From Eledone cirrhosa (taxonomy: Eukaryota): DNA of 64,000 bases. The position numbers were made by a program, and so were the translations under genes. This document shows positions 1-12,895 of the stretch, one piece after another. The stretch covers positions 226,734,001 to 226,798,000 of the forward strand of contig OZ024742.1 in the NCBI GenBank assembly GCA_964016885.1, read 5' to 3'. The notes beneath the pieces are model-generated. The model had not been told where the DNA came from. It saw only the letters and a list, made by a program, of their open reading frames with translations, and did no database searches. Position 1 is the stretch's first letter; the number at the start of each line of letters is the position of its first letter.

Positions 1-697
1 CATTAGGTGTGATAAGGAAATATTTTTTTATTGTCAAAACAAATGTTCAAAAGTTAAACTTCAATTTTTTGAATTATTTCCAATTTTTTCATGAAATTGA
101 ACACTGGACATTGGCTGCTGGAAATGGAAATGAAATCGTATTTAATTGTACTTAAATTTCGAACCTTATTTTATTATTTATATTTTTTCAATAAGAAATA
201 AAAAAAAACAACAAAAAAAATTTAAGAAAAAAATTGAACAAATCAAACGTAGGTTATGGAACTGCGCAATCTGATTAATAAATTACCTCATCAGCAGCAA
301 CCTTCTTCAAATGGTCCTTATTATCAGCAGCAACAACCACAAATTCAATGGCAACCTTCTTCAAACCACATGGTGTCAAGTCAGAACCGCCTCGAACTGG
401 TTACTTCTGGCTTGTGCAAGGTGTCTCTATAGCAACCAGCGATTCCCTAGGCCTCAGTGACCAAAGTCAGTGGAGAGGGGAAGGTAATGTTTCTATAGCA
501 CGTGTTTTAGCGTCTATTCACTCTCTCTCCCTCTCTCCCTCCCGCTATCCCCCTCTCGTAGTCTGTCTCTTTCTTTCACTCTCACTCTCTCTCTACGCAC
601 GTGTTTCCACTGTCGGACAGACAGACAGAGAAATTGCTGGTTATATATATAAGTAGATATATATATATAAATACGACTAGAAGAATTAAAGAACATA

Positions 698-1439
698 CTT
701 ATTAGCAGGAATTACCCACCATCCCTAATCAACAATGGATTCCAACGTGCCCTAAAACTCAACATCCAGGAACTTAGACACCCAAACCAAGGAATGAATC
801 AAAACTGAAAACTCTACCATACATCTCCACACACAGCCCCCTTAACAATGAGGCATTCGACACCATCCTCCAGAACATACCTTTACTAAAAAGAGACCTA
901 AGAATGAACCAAATCCTCCAAACGCACAATATCATAAAGAGCAAAAGTGAAGCTAAGTCAATAAAAAACATCCTTACACAGGCCAAAGTCCAGCTGACCC
1001 CCCCCCCCCCACAATGAACCCTACAGTAAAAAAATGCGGAAGACCCAACTGTGGTATATGTACCAATCTAATAGAGGGATCAGAGTTCCACTTCAAACAA
1101 GGACAACACTTTACAGTTAAGTGCAATTTCACATGTGCATCAGAAAATATGATCTATGTGTTGACCTGCTCAGGTTGTCGGGAGCACTACATAGGACAGA
1201 CCCAAAACAACCTCCGACAACGTATGACCGTCCATAGATCCCAAATCAAAATACGGGAATACAGAAAGATAGCACTAAGTGAACACATCGCGACCTGTGC
1301 ATTCAATGAACAACCCAATTTTAGAATTTTTCCCATCTACAAATTCAAAGGCAACGCTTCCTACATCCAACGCATTAGCAAGAAATCACAATTTATCGCC
1401 AAATACGAACCCATTCTACATGCTTCCACTTCAGACTAA
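698..1439 (+). pseudogene. Penelope-like element (Neptune-like), RT thumb/linker + GIY-YIG endonuclease fragment
   Basis: ORF 1014-1439 has KCGRPNCGIC (Cys linker) and MIYVLTCSGCREHYIGQT..LRQRMTVH (GIY-YIG). Upstream frameshifted part is homologous to 11357-11840. Confidence 0.9.
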
Positions 1440-2004
1440 ACCAAAGCTAGCACAGTTTAAAATCAACACCCTAGACAAGATTCCAGCAACCTATGACAAC
1501 TATATAATGCAGACCAAGCAACCACATCGTAACACCCACATCACCCTAAATCTAAAATTACTGCTAGGGATGGAATTAATATTTCAATAACTCTAAATCT
1601 TCTTTGTGGCAAAAAAAAAAACAAGGTCAATGTTGATGATTTCTTCTAAGAAAAAATACCAAGACAAATATTTTTAGAAGCCCCCCCCCCCCCCTCGTCA
1701 ACTCTAAGGTCACTCAGCCTTTCAAACCAATCCCAGCCAAACCTTGTATCCACTATTCAACCTTCCCCTACCTCCTCCCCTCCCCCTCCTTCTCCTCGCC
1801 CTCCTGCCTCTACCCTCTTCAGTCACAACAAAGCCACTAGCAGAGAAAGATGGACTGACAAAATGACTTTCCTCTCTGAAGGAAAACGTATGTGAAAATT
1901 AACTTTTCTTTCCCTCTTTATATTTTCTTTTTTTCTTTTTTTTGTTATTATCATTATCTTCACTACTTGTACAAATATGCAACTTAACAATATTCTGCAT
2001 ATCC

Positions 2005-2042
2005 GCAATTGATAATGCATTTAATGCTGAAACCGGTATTGT
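2005..2042 (+). ncRNA. Minimal type I hammerhead ribozyme, U3-A8 core variant, in 3' UTR of the Neptune-like PLE
   Basis: gcaa UUGAUAA u gcauu u aaugc u GAAA CCGG UA uugu. Palindromic stem III ACCGGU, GUA site. Confidence 0.7.
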
Positions 2043-4499
2043 AAATAAATTAATGCTTTCAAATTTCACTAAAAGTATCTCTTCAACATTTTCTACAGAA
2101 AAAAACTTTTTCCATTCTACTATTTGTTTATATATATATATATATATATATATAGTTTTATGTAATTCACTATATAATTTATTGGTTATTTTTTGTTTAT
2201 AACTGCTAGTAGAAAGCTTTCTTTGGGACTGAAAATTTCTTTGTTCACATCTTGAATTTATCCGCCTAGAGTTGTGGCGAGAGGTCGAAAGCTGTTATAT
2301 GACCACCATTATTGCTTTGATCATGCTTACTCTAGATGAAGATTCATATCATAAAGTCTGAATAAAAGACATGATAGTCAGAACTAGAACGCCGTTGATT
2401 ATAGGGCTGTTGGATCAACGCTAGGCTGGGATTAAACAATAACAATGATATTATTTGTCAAAGCGCTACAGGACTGGCTTAGTCGCCACCTGCTGCCAAT
2501 GTCACGAATCCAACCGGCAATGCCTTCTCTACTCTCTGCTACCCTATCAACATATCCAGCTCAAAAGATGTTGCAGGCATTAACAGAAATACAAAGAACT
2601 GTGGATGTGGAAAGGTTTTATGGGACCACCATGCCTACTTCGAAGAAACGACCAAGGTGAAGAAGAAAATCTTTATTGATTTCTTAGATTTTATTGGTTA
2701 CAAAAAATATTTTAAAACAGTCTTCGATTACTATCAACGAATTAAATGAGAATCCGTTAACAACACAAAGGCTATGAATCTAATTACAAAACATGGCGTC
2801 ATCGTGTTGATTATAATTTCAGTAAGCTCAATCAATGAATTAATTGAAACTGATCTTAATAATTATCGTAAAAAAAAAAGAATTAAATATAATTGTTTAT
2901 TTACACAATAACAATAACAAAGAAACATTTTTTCTAAAAAAAATTGACAAAAGGCTTTCTTTTTTAAAATTATCGATAATTATGTATTTTTTCTCCATTC
3001 ATGATACGTTTATCTGGGAGTATAGGACTGATAATGATTCTTAACGTTTCCTTCTTTCACTATTCGCCACTCACATTAATGCGATTATCTCGATCACTGT
3101 GTAATGACTTAGTGAAGCGTTAATTAAGAATGATATTAAAACGAGGAAGACAATTTAAAAGCTAAACACTTCATTTATGATATATAATAGACTTTGTATA
3201 TCATATGTTACATGTATCTAGTTTAGAATAAGCGAACGGTATCGCGGTATGTCATAAGAGGCGACTAAAAGGGTTGGTGCAGGGAAGGGCATCCGACCGC
3301 AAAACATTGCTTCAAGATGGGCACTATGATGTGTATAAAGTTTGTCACTAGACCGGAAGGCTAACCTTTTCATTAGTTGGGGCTGGGACGGGGGAATGGC
3401 TTTAAAACGCTTGTTGATGTCTATGTAACACAATCAGATGAATTATTTTACGTACTGTTACGGCGTGTTTGGGGCATTTTAAACCTGACGGAACACATCT
3501 TTCCATGTCTGACCAGAGCTGATTTCTTCCAGAGAGAGTGGGGGGAAGAAGAAGAAGAAGAAGAAGAAGAAGAAGAAGAAGAAGAAGAAGGATGGGGAAG
3601 GGGGATGGGGAGGATGATGAGGAGGAGGAGGAGGAGGAAAGAGACCGCAGTTAAACAAGATACCCAATGCATTAAGTAGAGAGGGCACGCAATTTATTTA
3701 AGATGGAAATGACTTCTGCAAGGCGAGAATCAACATTCAACTCGTAGATTAATTATTGACCCCGAAGGAATGAAATAACAGAGATCGAGAACGAATACCG
3801 CAACACACCGAGTCTGACAATTAGCTGCCATGTAAAAAATAATAGTAATAAATAAATTTACCTTCTATATCGATAGACAAAATTTAAAGTCAGATATATT
3901 CCTGTAGGGTCACAAAAAAACTCAAACGAACCCGATTTTCTTTTAATTTTTATTTTAATCGTTGTTGAACAACAAAACAAATCACCAGGCACAAAATTTT
4001 CGAAGCCTCAATACTCAAGTATTTACGTGATGTAATACAATCAATAATGGAAATATATTTTTAACATGTACACACGACTTCAGCATCTGTATTTCGATGG
4101 AATCAACTTCAACTTCACTGTTGTTTAATTTATTCACTGCTCCGTAAGGTTGTAAAATAAAGTTAAGTTCACCTCAATGAAATCTTTCTTCTTCCTTTTT
4201 CTTCTTGTCAAGTGGAGGTCTTGCAACTCACCACAGAACGACACTTCCAATGGTACAATCGGAAAAATAACGCATATATATGTTAACACATTAACACATA
4301 CACACACACTACCCCCCCCCCATATATATATTTATATGTATTTCAGACCTGCCAACCTCTAAAGACCCAAACAGGAAGTACCATGAAATAAAGTGCCCCC
4401 AAACGGCGAAAATGAGGCACAATAGGGAGATTTTACATAATGAAAGCTATACCCATTTTCACAAGAGCTCTTACGTAGTTGGGAGATCTCCCCGTCGGG

Positions 4500-4560
4500 A
4501 GAAATAGCCGGCGAAACGGCTTGAGCTCTGCCATCGGGGTCTTGAACATTTTTCTATTAT
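4500..4560 (+). mobile_element. Tail-less 3' fragment of Naiad family D pLTR (3' half of hammerhead) ending in (TA)n
   Basis: agaaatagccggcgaaacggcttgagctctgccatcgggg matches 24696-24750. Confidence 0.75.
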
Positions 4561-4699
4561 ATATATATATATATATATATATATTCCCAACATCGAGAGT
4601 CGGGGACCATAGGCAAAACGATCATTTTATATATGCAAATCATGCTGATCAGTCATTGTATATTTGAGAAAATAGCATATATTTTCATTAGCTCTGACA

Positions 4700-4782
4700 G
4701 TTGGCAGGTAAACAGTATACTGCACTGATGAAGGGTAATCCCCCAGAAACTTTAGTGTCTGCAGTTCTGTTTACATGCCAAC
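4700..4782 (+). ncRNA. Type I hammerhead ribozyme with extended stem I
   Basis: CUGAUGA 4725-4731, stem II ggg/ccc, GAAA 4746-4749, GUC 4757-4759. Stem I gttggca-g-gtaaacag-tat-actgca / tgcagt-t-ctgtttac-a-tgccaac. Confidence 0.88.
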
Positions 4783-4880
4783 ACAAGACCAAGAATGACG
4801 AGGTAGTTCTACTGACATGGCTTCAAAGAGGCGGTTTGCATAATTACAAACGAATTGAATATTATATTATAATAAAAATA

Positions 4881-5088
4881 ATAATGGTTTCTTATATAGG
4901 CACAAGGCCAGCAATTTTAGGGGAGGGGAAAGTCGATTAAATCGACCCCGGTGTGAGACTGGTACTTTATTTTATCGACCCCGTAAGGATGAAAGGCAAA
5001 TAGAACCTCAGCGGGATTTGAACTCAGATCATAAAGGGCCGTAACTCTATGCTGCAAAGCATGTTGTCCGACCCTCTACCGACACTGT
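4881..5088 (-). mobile_element. tRNA-derived SINE (MetaSINE-like central domain)
   Basis: B box gagttcaaatcc on minus strand. Core gcctttcatccttacggggtcgataaaataaagtaccagt is shared by more than 10 copies in the window. Confidence 0.85.
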
Positions 5089-5143
5089 TCGAAAAACTCA
5101 GATTACATTTATTATATTCAGCCATGTAGAGCGATAAACCATT

Positions 5144-5179
<36 letters not shown>

Positions 5180-5215
5180 AATAGGATTTCGCTTCAAGCA
5201 TAGCTTTATACAATT

Positions 5216-5245
5216 CTAGCATTAAAGCCCGGCGTTGCTCGGGGT
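5216..5245 (-). mobile_element. Helitron 3' terminus (hairpin + CTAG)
   Basis: Minus strand reads cccgagcaacgccggg...gctag. Confidence 0.65.
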
Positions 5246-5513
5246 CAGTAAGTTACCAAAGTTAGGTTGCACCACCCATTTTATGGCAGCACTTTTCTGT
5301 CTGCCAGGCACTGGGTGAATGAATTGCAGACCTAGACTGCCGAAGCAGGAGCTGCACCAGCAGTGACAATTGTAGTTTCGCCTATGGATATTATCTCTGT
5401 GCAAAGAAGTGTTGAAATTTATTGTTTCACAGTACTTGCGCAACACGCGCGTAGACGATGCCAGCCGAACAACAGAGCTGCGATGGAGTTGTTCTGCATG
5501 GTTGTCTAATGTG

Positions 5514-5786
5514 TGTTTTCTAAATTTAAGACAGTAGGGAGGGGTGTGATATGGGGGAGAGTTAGCTGTTGTTTCTAGCAGGTTTAGTGACCTCATAGAG
5601 GATATGTTTTCTAAATTTAAGACAGTAGGGAGTGGTGTGATATGGGGGAGAGTTAACTGATGTTTCTAGCAGGTTTAGTGACCTCATAGAGGATATGTTT
5701 TCTAAATTTAAGACAGTAGGGAGGGGTGTGATATGGGGAAGAGTTAGCTGCTGTTTCTAGCAGGTTTAGTGACCTCATAGAGGATA
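5514..5786. repeat. Tandem repeat, 3 x 91 bp
   Basis: Unit tgttttctaaatttaagacagtaggg...cctcatagaggata starts at 5514, 5605 and 5696. Confidence 0.9.
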
Positions 5787-5992
5787 TTATTGTGTATAGT
5801 AAATGAACTGATACTTCTTTCTTCCACGTTCGTTGATAGATGTTTTAAAAAAGATTTATCGCTATTTTTTTTTTTGTTGAATAAATTTATCTGTTGCTTT
5901 TGAATAATTGTTGTTTCGTATGAAATGTAATAAGTTCTCTTTGTCATTGAAGTAAATAAATGTTTGACCGTTCCACACTCAAAAACAAACGT

Positions 5993-6028
<36 letters not shown>

Positions 6029-6361
6029 TCTCTCTCTCTCTCTTCTCTCTCTCTCTCTTCTCTCTCTCTCTCCTTCATTTCTTTCTTCGACGTTCCTAAA
6101 GGAATTTTGTAAGTGTAAGCGTATATAAGAGAAAGTTGCAGCATGTATGTAGTTTTATCGAATTTTAAGGGGAGTAAGAGAGAGGTTATCAGATTGTATT
6201 AGAGGGGTAAAGCGTCATGTATTTAGTTTTATCTATTATTTCCGTAATTGTGGGTAAGTTTGAATGAAATAAATAATCGTTGACCTAAGATTGACCATTT
6301 ACAACATTCTTACAGACTTTGAGTCGAATCGGTTTGAAATTGTGCAAATGTATAAACATGG

Positions 6362-6406
<45 letters not shown>

Positions 6407-6627
6407 CAACAACAACAACAACAACAATCTGCCTTTTATAGATAATGATGTATAGAAGAAATTTCGTATTTCGAAAGAAATACGATTTTAGGAAGCCGTA
6501 GCTATGCGAACACCGGGGGGAGTGGGGGGGGCTAACGCCCATAATTGTCGAACACTGGTGGGTTATATCCGTAGTAGTAGAGCACTCAGTCCATATGACG
6601 AGTTTGGTAGAAGTAGTTCCACAACAG

Positions 6628-6735
6628 TTAGTTCACCATTTCTGAGAACAATTGTTTCTACTTATTCGGATCATCAGCTCGAACTGAGGACCCGCATAAG
6701 GTGAAACGTTTGTTCTCGGTAATAGTGAACTAGCT
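6628..6735. ncRNA. Two back-to-back hammerhead motifs on opposite strands within an imperfect palindrome
   Basis: Plus: CUGAGGA cccgcauaaggu GAAA CGUUUG UU. Minus: gag CUGAUGA uccgaauaagua GAAA CAAUUG UU cuc. Confidence 0.65.
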
Positions 6736-6757
6736 ACTTCAATATAAATATATATAT

Positions 6758-6980
6758 ATATTTATTAAAATAACAGATTAAAGTTTAAGCAAAGAATCGC
6801 TGCTTTCACCCTTAACGGGATCTTCTGAAGATCCCGTTAAGGGTGAAAGCAGCGATTCTTTGCTTAAACTTTAATCTGTTATTTTAATAAATATTTGCTC
6901 TACGGTTCTTATATATTTGATATATATTTATCTTTATCGAGCCCTCTTTGGATTTTAGTCTTTAAATTTATTATTATTAC

Positions 6981-6981
<1 letters not shown>
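6758..6981 (+). mobile_element. Family A fold-back PLE end: perfect palindrome 6758-6894 (centre 6826) + tail, in (TA)n
   Basis: Arms are reverse-complementary. The tail has the bulged stem-loop at 6897-6942. Homologous to 26760-26915 and 33310-33450. Confidence 0.88.
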
Positions 6982-7063
<82 letters not shown>

Positions 7064-8656
7064 CTTTGTAATTTTTTGTAATTCATGTAAATTTAATTTT
7101 CATTTGGTTTAAAACAATATAAGATTTTATCTAAAATAATATTTTTATAGTCAACTACAGTGAACCGTCATCACCACCACGCCTCACATTTTGTATATGA
7201 GTGTGTATGTGTATGTGTGTGTGTGTGTGTGTGTTTGTGCGTTCGTTATGAATATTAGGCCTCTGAGAATTAAACACACACACATCTACACATACATACA
7301 CATAGTGTGTGAGTGTATGTGAGAGTGTATGTGTGTGTGAGTGTATGTGTGTGTGAGTGTATGTGTGTTGACTGACATATCGATATATTTTTAGTCAACT
7401 ATAGTAAACCACCACCACCACTACGGCAACGTCACATTTTGTATATGAGTGTGCACACAGACAATTAAATATGCACACACATCTACACATACAGATACAT
7501 ATGTGATGACAGACAGGTGTGCGTGAATGTATGTCTGTGTGTGTCTGTCTTAGAATATGTGTGCGAGTGTATGTGAGAATGTGTGTGAGTGCATGTGAGA
7601 GTGCATGTGTGTGTGTGTGTTTGTTTGTGTGAATGTATGTGAAAGTGTATGTGTGTGTGAGTGTATGTGTGATAATTTTTATTTTCAGTTGGATTAAAAC
7701 AATAGGACGTCATATTTTGTATATGAATATGTATGTGTTTGTGAGTGTATGTGTGTTTGTGCGTTCATTAGGTACGTTATTAAATACACACATACATCTA
7801 CGCATACATGAATTACAAAATGAATATTGTTTACCCTGAGGTGCTTCAAGATTGACAGATTTTCATTTCTAAATTCTATTATCATTACAATTTTGATATT
7901 TTAAAAATAAAATATAGATATTTTGAAATAATTAGGAGAAAAAAAAAAAACACATCTTCATATTTATTGTTTACTAATCTGAATAAGAACAGCCGGGTAA
8001 TTCAGTTAGTATATATATATATAGCAGTTTTCACATGTCAATTTCATACATCTGTATCATATCAGTTTGTTTAACATGCTAGATTCACCATTATACTCTA
8101 TTTCTTACTTATATTGATGTTATTATTTCAACTATTTGCTATCTAGTTATTTTATTTTATTATTGATATTATTGTTCTGGTTTAATACCACACCTATATA
8201 AAAGCTATGCCTTGTGTATCTTCTTCATTTCGCGTGCTCTGATGAAAACGACTGGTTATAAACAAAGTATTGGAGATCGATTGACGCAAAATCAGGCGGG
8301 TAGTGAACTCTAGACCTGCCAGAACATAGAAACAGTCAGCAATGTGAATAAAGCCCTTATTGTATAGCGAACCATGTCACTCTTCTTTCTTGAATTATTA
8401 TTACTCCAAGTGTAAACTACATAGAAATAACCGCGTACTCGCAGCATCACTATGGAAACGTCTTGTTGAGTCAAACTAAGCCACACGTTAATGCTATCCA
8501 CTACTCGGAGTACATCTAAGTGGATTGCCTATAACGATAACCTGTTATCCCGTATATATATATATATATATATGGGATATATATATATACGGGATATATA
8601 TAAATACATATTTATATATATATATACATGTGTGTGTGTGTGTATGTGTGTATGTA

Positions 8657-8728
<72 letters not shown>

Positions 8729-9108
8729 CGTGGGGAAGATAATATATTACGAGGATAATATGTCACTTTTCATTTATTTCAAGGTGTCAGACATCTGCAG
8801 TCTGGTCGTTGACACAATTTTTAAAATGTTGTGTAGAAATATAAGTTATGGCTTATTTCAAGAAATATGAATTTGTATATTTTGTAGAAATATTAATGTT
8901 TAATTCACATAGAAACATAATTAATGTTGTATTTTTTTTGCTGTGCTGAAATTGAATCAGTTACATTGTTGGAGAAACATTGTAGATATTTTAACACGAA
9001 CAGAAACTGTAAAATACACTTTTCATTTAATTCATTTAATGGTTTCAAACTACTGCGACATTGTCGTTTCAGGATGCTGTGAGTCGCAGCAGTGTGACGA
9101 AGTGTTTA

Positions 9109-9834
<726 letters not shown>

Positions 9835-10310
9835 CTTTTTCTCCCGCACGCTGGCCAAGCTGGTATGAAGTTTTTTCTCTCTCGTCTGCGATTTCACAGA
9901 ATTTATGTTTACCGAATTCGCAGACTAGACTCTTTTTCCTCCCGTTAGACCTGTGCGAAATTCCTTCCTTGCTCACTTTTCAACCAGGTTTGATGGTCTT
10001 TATTCTCTCGTTCACGATTTCACCGAACTAAAATTCATAGAAATCTGGGACTTGTCTTTTCCTTCCTCACTTTCTGTTGCTTAACCATTTTGTTTGTTTA
10101 CCCTCGCGTCCCCTTTATTTACGTGTCCCAACGACTTTTTTTAGCCGTTGTTCGCACCAACCGGATTTATATGGTCTTTAAAGCGATGAAATGCCTATGA
10201 TGGTTGGAAGATCACTGATGAAGGACAAACTTTTTTCATATGTAACCCATTTGCAACGCCGCAGCTCCATTATTTTCATATATATATATATATACACTTA
10301 CATACATACA

Positions 10311-10495
<185 letters not shown>

Positions 10496-10605
10496 AATAA
10501 ACAGTAAATTCTGCGTCTAAAATTACAAATGTTTTATATATTTAAACTGAAGCATACAGTAAGATACAAGATGTCCTATACATACCGTATCAATAACGAT
10601 TTCAA

Positions 10606-10691
10606 CTCTCGGACAGACTAAAGATTTAATCTGTTTCGCCCTGAAAATTGTGTTTGTAACAGATAATCGTTAGGCATTTCATCAGCGAGAG
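10606..10691 (-). ncRNA. Type I hammerhead ribozyme with long stem III
   Basis: Minus strand: cucucg CUGAUGA ... GAAA CAGAUUAAA uc UUUAGUCUG UC cgagag. Stem II is imperfect. Confidence 0.82.
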
Positions 10692-10952
10692 ATTAGATTA
10701 AATGAAACAAAACACATCTAACAAGAAACTCACGGAAGTAAATAATGTATCTCGTGGGTTGAAAGCTATACGTGGTGTGAGTGGTTATGCTAGAAATAAT
10801 AGCCTAATTACACTCATCTTATAAGCTCACCAGATAGGGAGCCGAAATACAAATAAAATATAGAGTTATTAATTCATATTGATACCCTGCAATTATTAAT
10901 ATATGTAGAAATAAACACAGTAAATTCTGTGTCTAAAATTACGAGGTAGATT

Positions 10953-11117
10953 GTGTACAACACAAAATATAACTACTCCATAACCAAAGGTTTCTGGGTC
11001 CAGAAACCTTTGGTAATGGAGTAGTTATATTTTCTGTTGCACACTTTCCAATTAAATAGCTCTGTTCTATACATAGAGCACTCTTTTTTCCCTTTGCTTT
11101 TCCCTCAGAATTACCTA
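10953..11117 (+). mobile_element. Fold-back PLE end (palindrome 10953-11044) + tail ending in (CA)n
   Basis: Right arm keeps the hammerhead 3' half GAAACCUUUGGUA. Stem-loop gctc tgt tctat aca ta gagc at 11059-11079. Confidence 0.75.
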
Positions 11118-11133
11118 ACACACACACACACAC

Positions 11134-11275
<142 letters not shown>

Positions 11276-11299
11276 TTATATATATATACATATATATAT

Positions 11300-11340
<41 letters not shown>

Positions 11341-11356
11341 CATATATATATATACA

Positions 11357-12163
11357 TATTCCCTACAACTTAGCCAAGAGAATATGTACTATAGTTTCCA
11401 ATAAAAACACCTGTTACTTACGTCTACAAGAACTAAAAGACACACTCATAAGCAGGGACTACCCTGCATCACTAATTGACAATGGAATCCAACGTGCCCT
11501 AAAACTCAGTACCCTGGACCTTAGACACCCTAAAGTTAATCAACTGAAACTAAAAGCTCTTCCATACATCTCAACACACAACCCCCTCAGCAATGAGGCC
11601 TTTGACACCATCCTCCAGAACATCCCTGTATTAAAAAAGGACCATAGAATGAACCAAATCCTTCGAACACACGATATCATAAAGAGCAAAAGACAATCTA
11701 AGTCAATGAAAAACATCCTAACACATGCCAATGTACTGCCAACCACAACGACGAAATCCACAGTAAAAAAATGCGATAGACCCAACTGTGGTATATGCAT
11801 CAACCTAATAGAGGGTTCGGAATTCTATTTCAAACAATGACAACGTTTTATAGTAAAACACAATTTCACATGCGCATCAGAAAGCCTAATATATATATAT
11901 TAACTTGCTCAGGTTGTCGAGAACAATACATAGGCCAGACTAAAAACAGCCTCCGCCAACGCATGACTGTCCATAGATCCCAAATCAAAATACGGGAATA
12001 CAGAAAAATAGCACTGAGTGAACACATTGATACCTGTGCCGCCCAAATTCATTCCAACTTTAGAATCTTTCCCCTCTACAAATTTAAAGATAATGCCACC
12101 CACACCCAGCGCATCAGCAAGGAACTTCACAAATACGGACCCTGTCTAAACACTTCTTCCTAA
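11357..12163 (+). pseudogene. Penelope-like element (Neptune-like) RT thumb + GIY-YIG fragment, 5'-truncated at (TA)n
   Basis: [51 protein letters not shown], with stop/frameshift. Same family as 698-1439. Confidence 0.9.
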
Positions 12164-12647
12164 GACGAACCCACAACATACACACGTTGACATACACACC
12201 TACATCAGCATACATCCTACATATAAACACAATGACATACGTAAACACACATGTTCTATGGTGCAACACAAATATACAAAAATTTGCATACCTTTTGATG
12301 TTTATAGATATTCACATGTCGACACGCACACATACACATACGCACACATGTATTGCACATTGATGGGTGCATACATATTTGTACACAAGTATCCCATACG
12401 GCAGGACCTAATGGATTCCCCTTGCAGTACGTACAATCTTGACTCAAACACGCCTTGTTGTCATGACAATACTATACATCATTTCACCTCTTTTATTATT
12501 GATGTTATTGATGTTCTTTTGAGAGAATCGTTTTTGCAAATGACTGAAAATATCGAATAATGTACGCCATTTTTACCCGTACCACAAAAATACTGGTCCA
12601 TCCACACACACACATACACACACACACACATGCACACGCGAACACTA

Positions 12648-12737
<90 letters not shown>

Positions 12738-12895
12738 TTCTCCGCATATACACAGGCACATAAAGACACCTCTACAGGCAGAAAATGTAGATACGAAAGA
12801 GGTACTCACATGACCATAGTGGCCGTATTTCAGGTTGAGGAGGGGTGGGGGTAGGGTGGGGAGGAGGTATAGGGGCCAATAGGGGGAGGTCGTTT

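Noticed and set aside
2445-2660. Possible host exon (also ORFs at 37480-37906 and 48592-49384)
   Set aside because: No recognisable domain or convincing splice context; cannot be excluded without RNA-seq.
4343-4710. acctgccaac / gttggcaggt as MITE terminal inverted repeats
   Set aside because: The right-hand match is better explained as hammerhead stem I, and no TSD was seen.
8235-8280. Partial hammerhead-like motifs (also ~2335, 4645, 10215, 29195, 58585, 62415)
   Set aside because: Two or more core or stem defects each; possibly decayed copies but not supportable.
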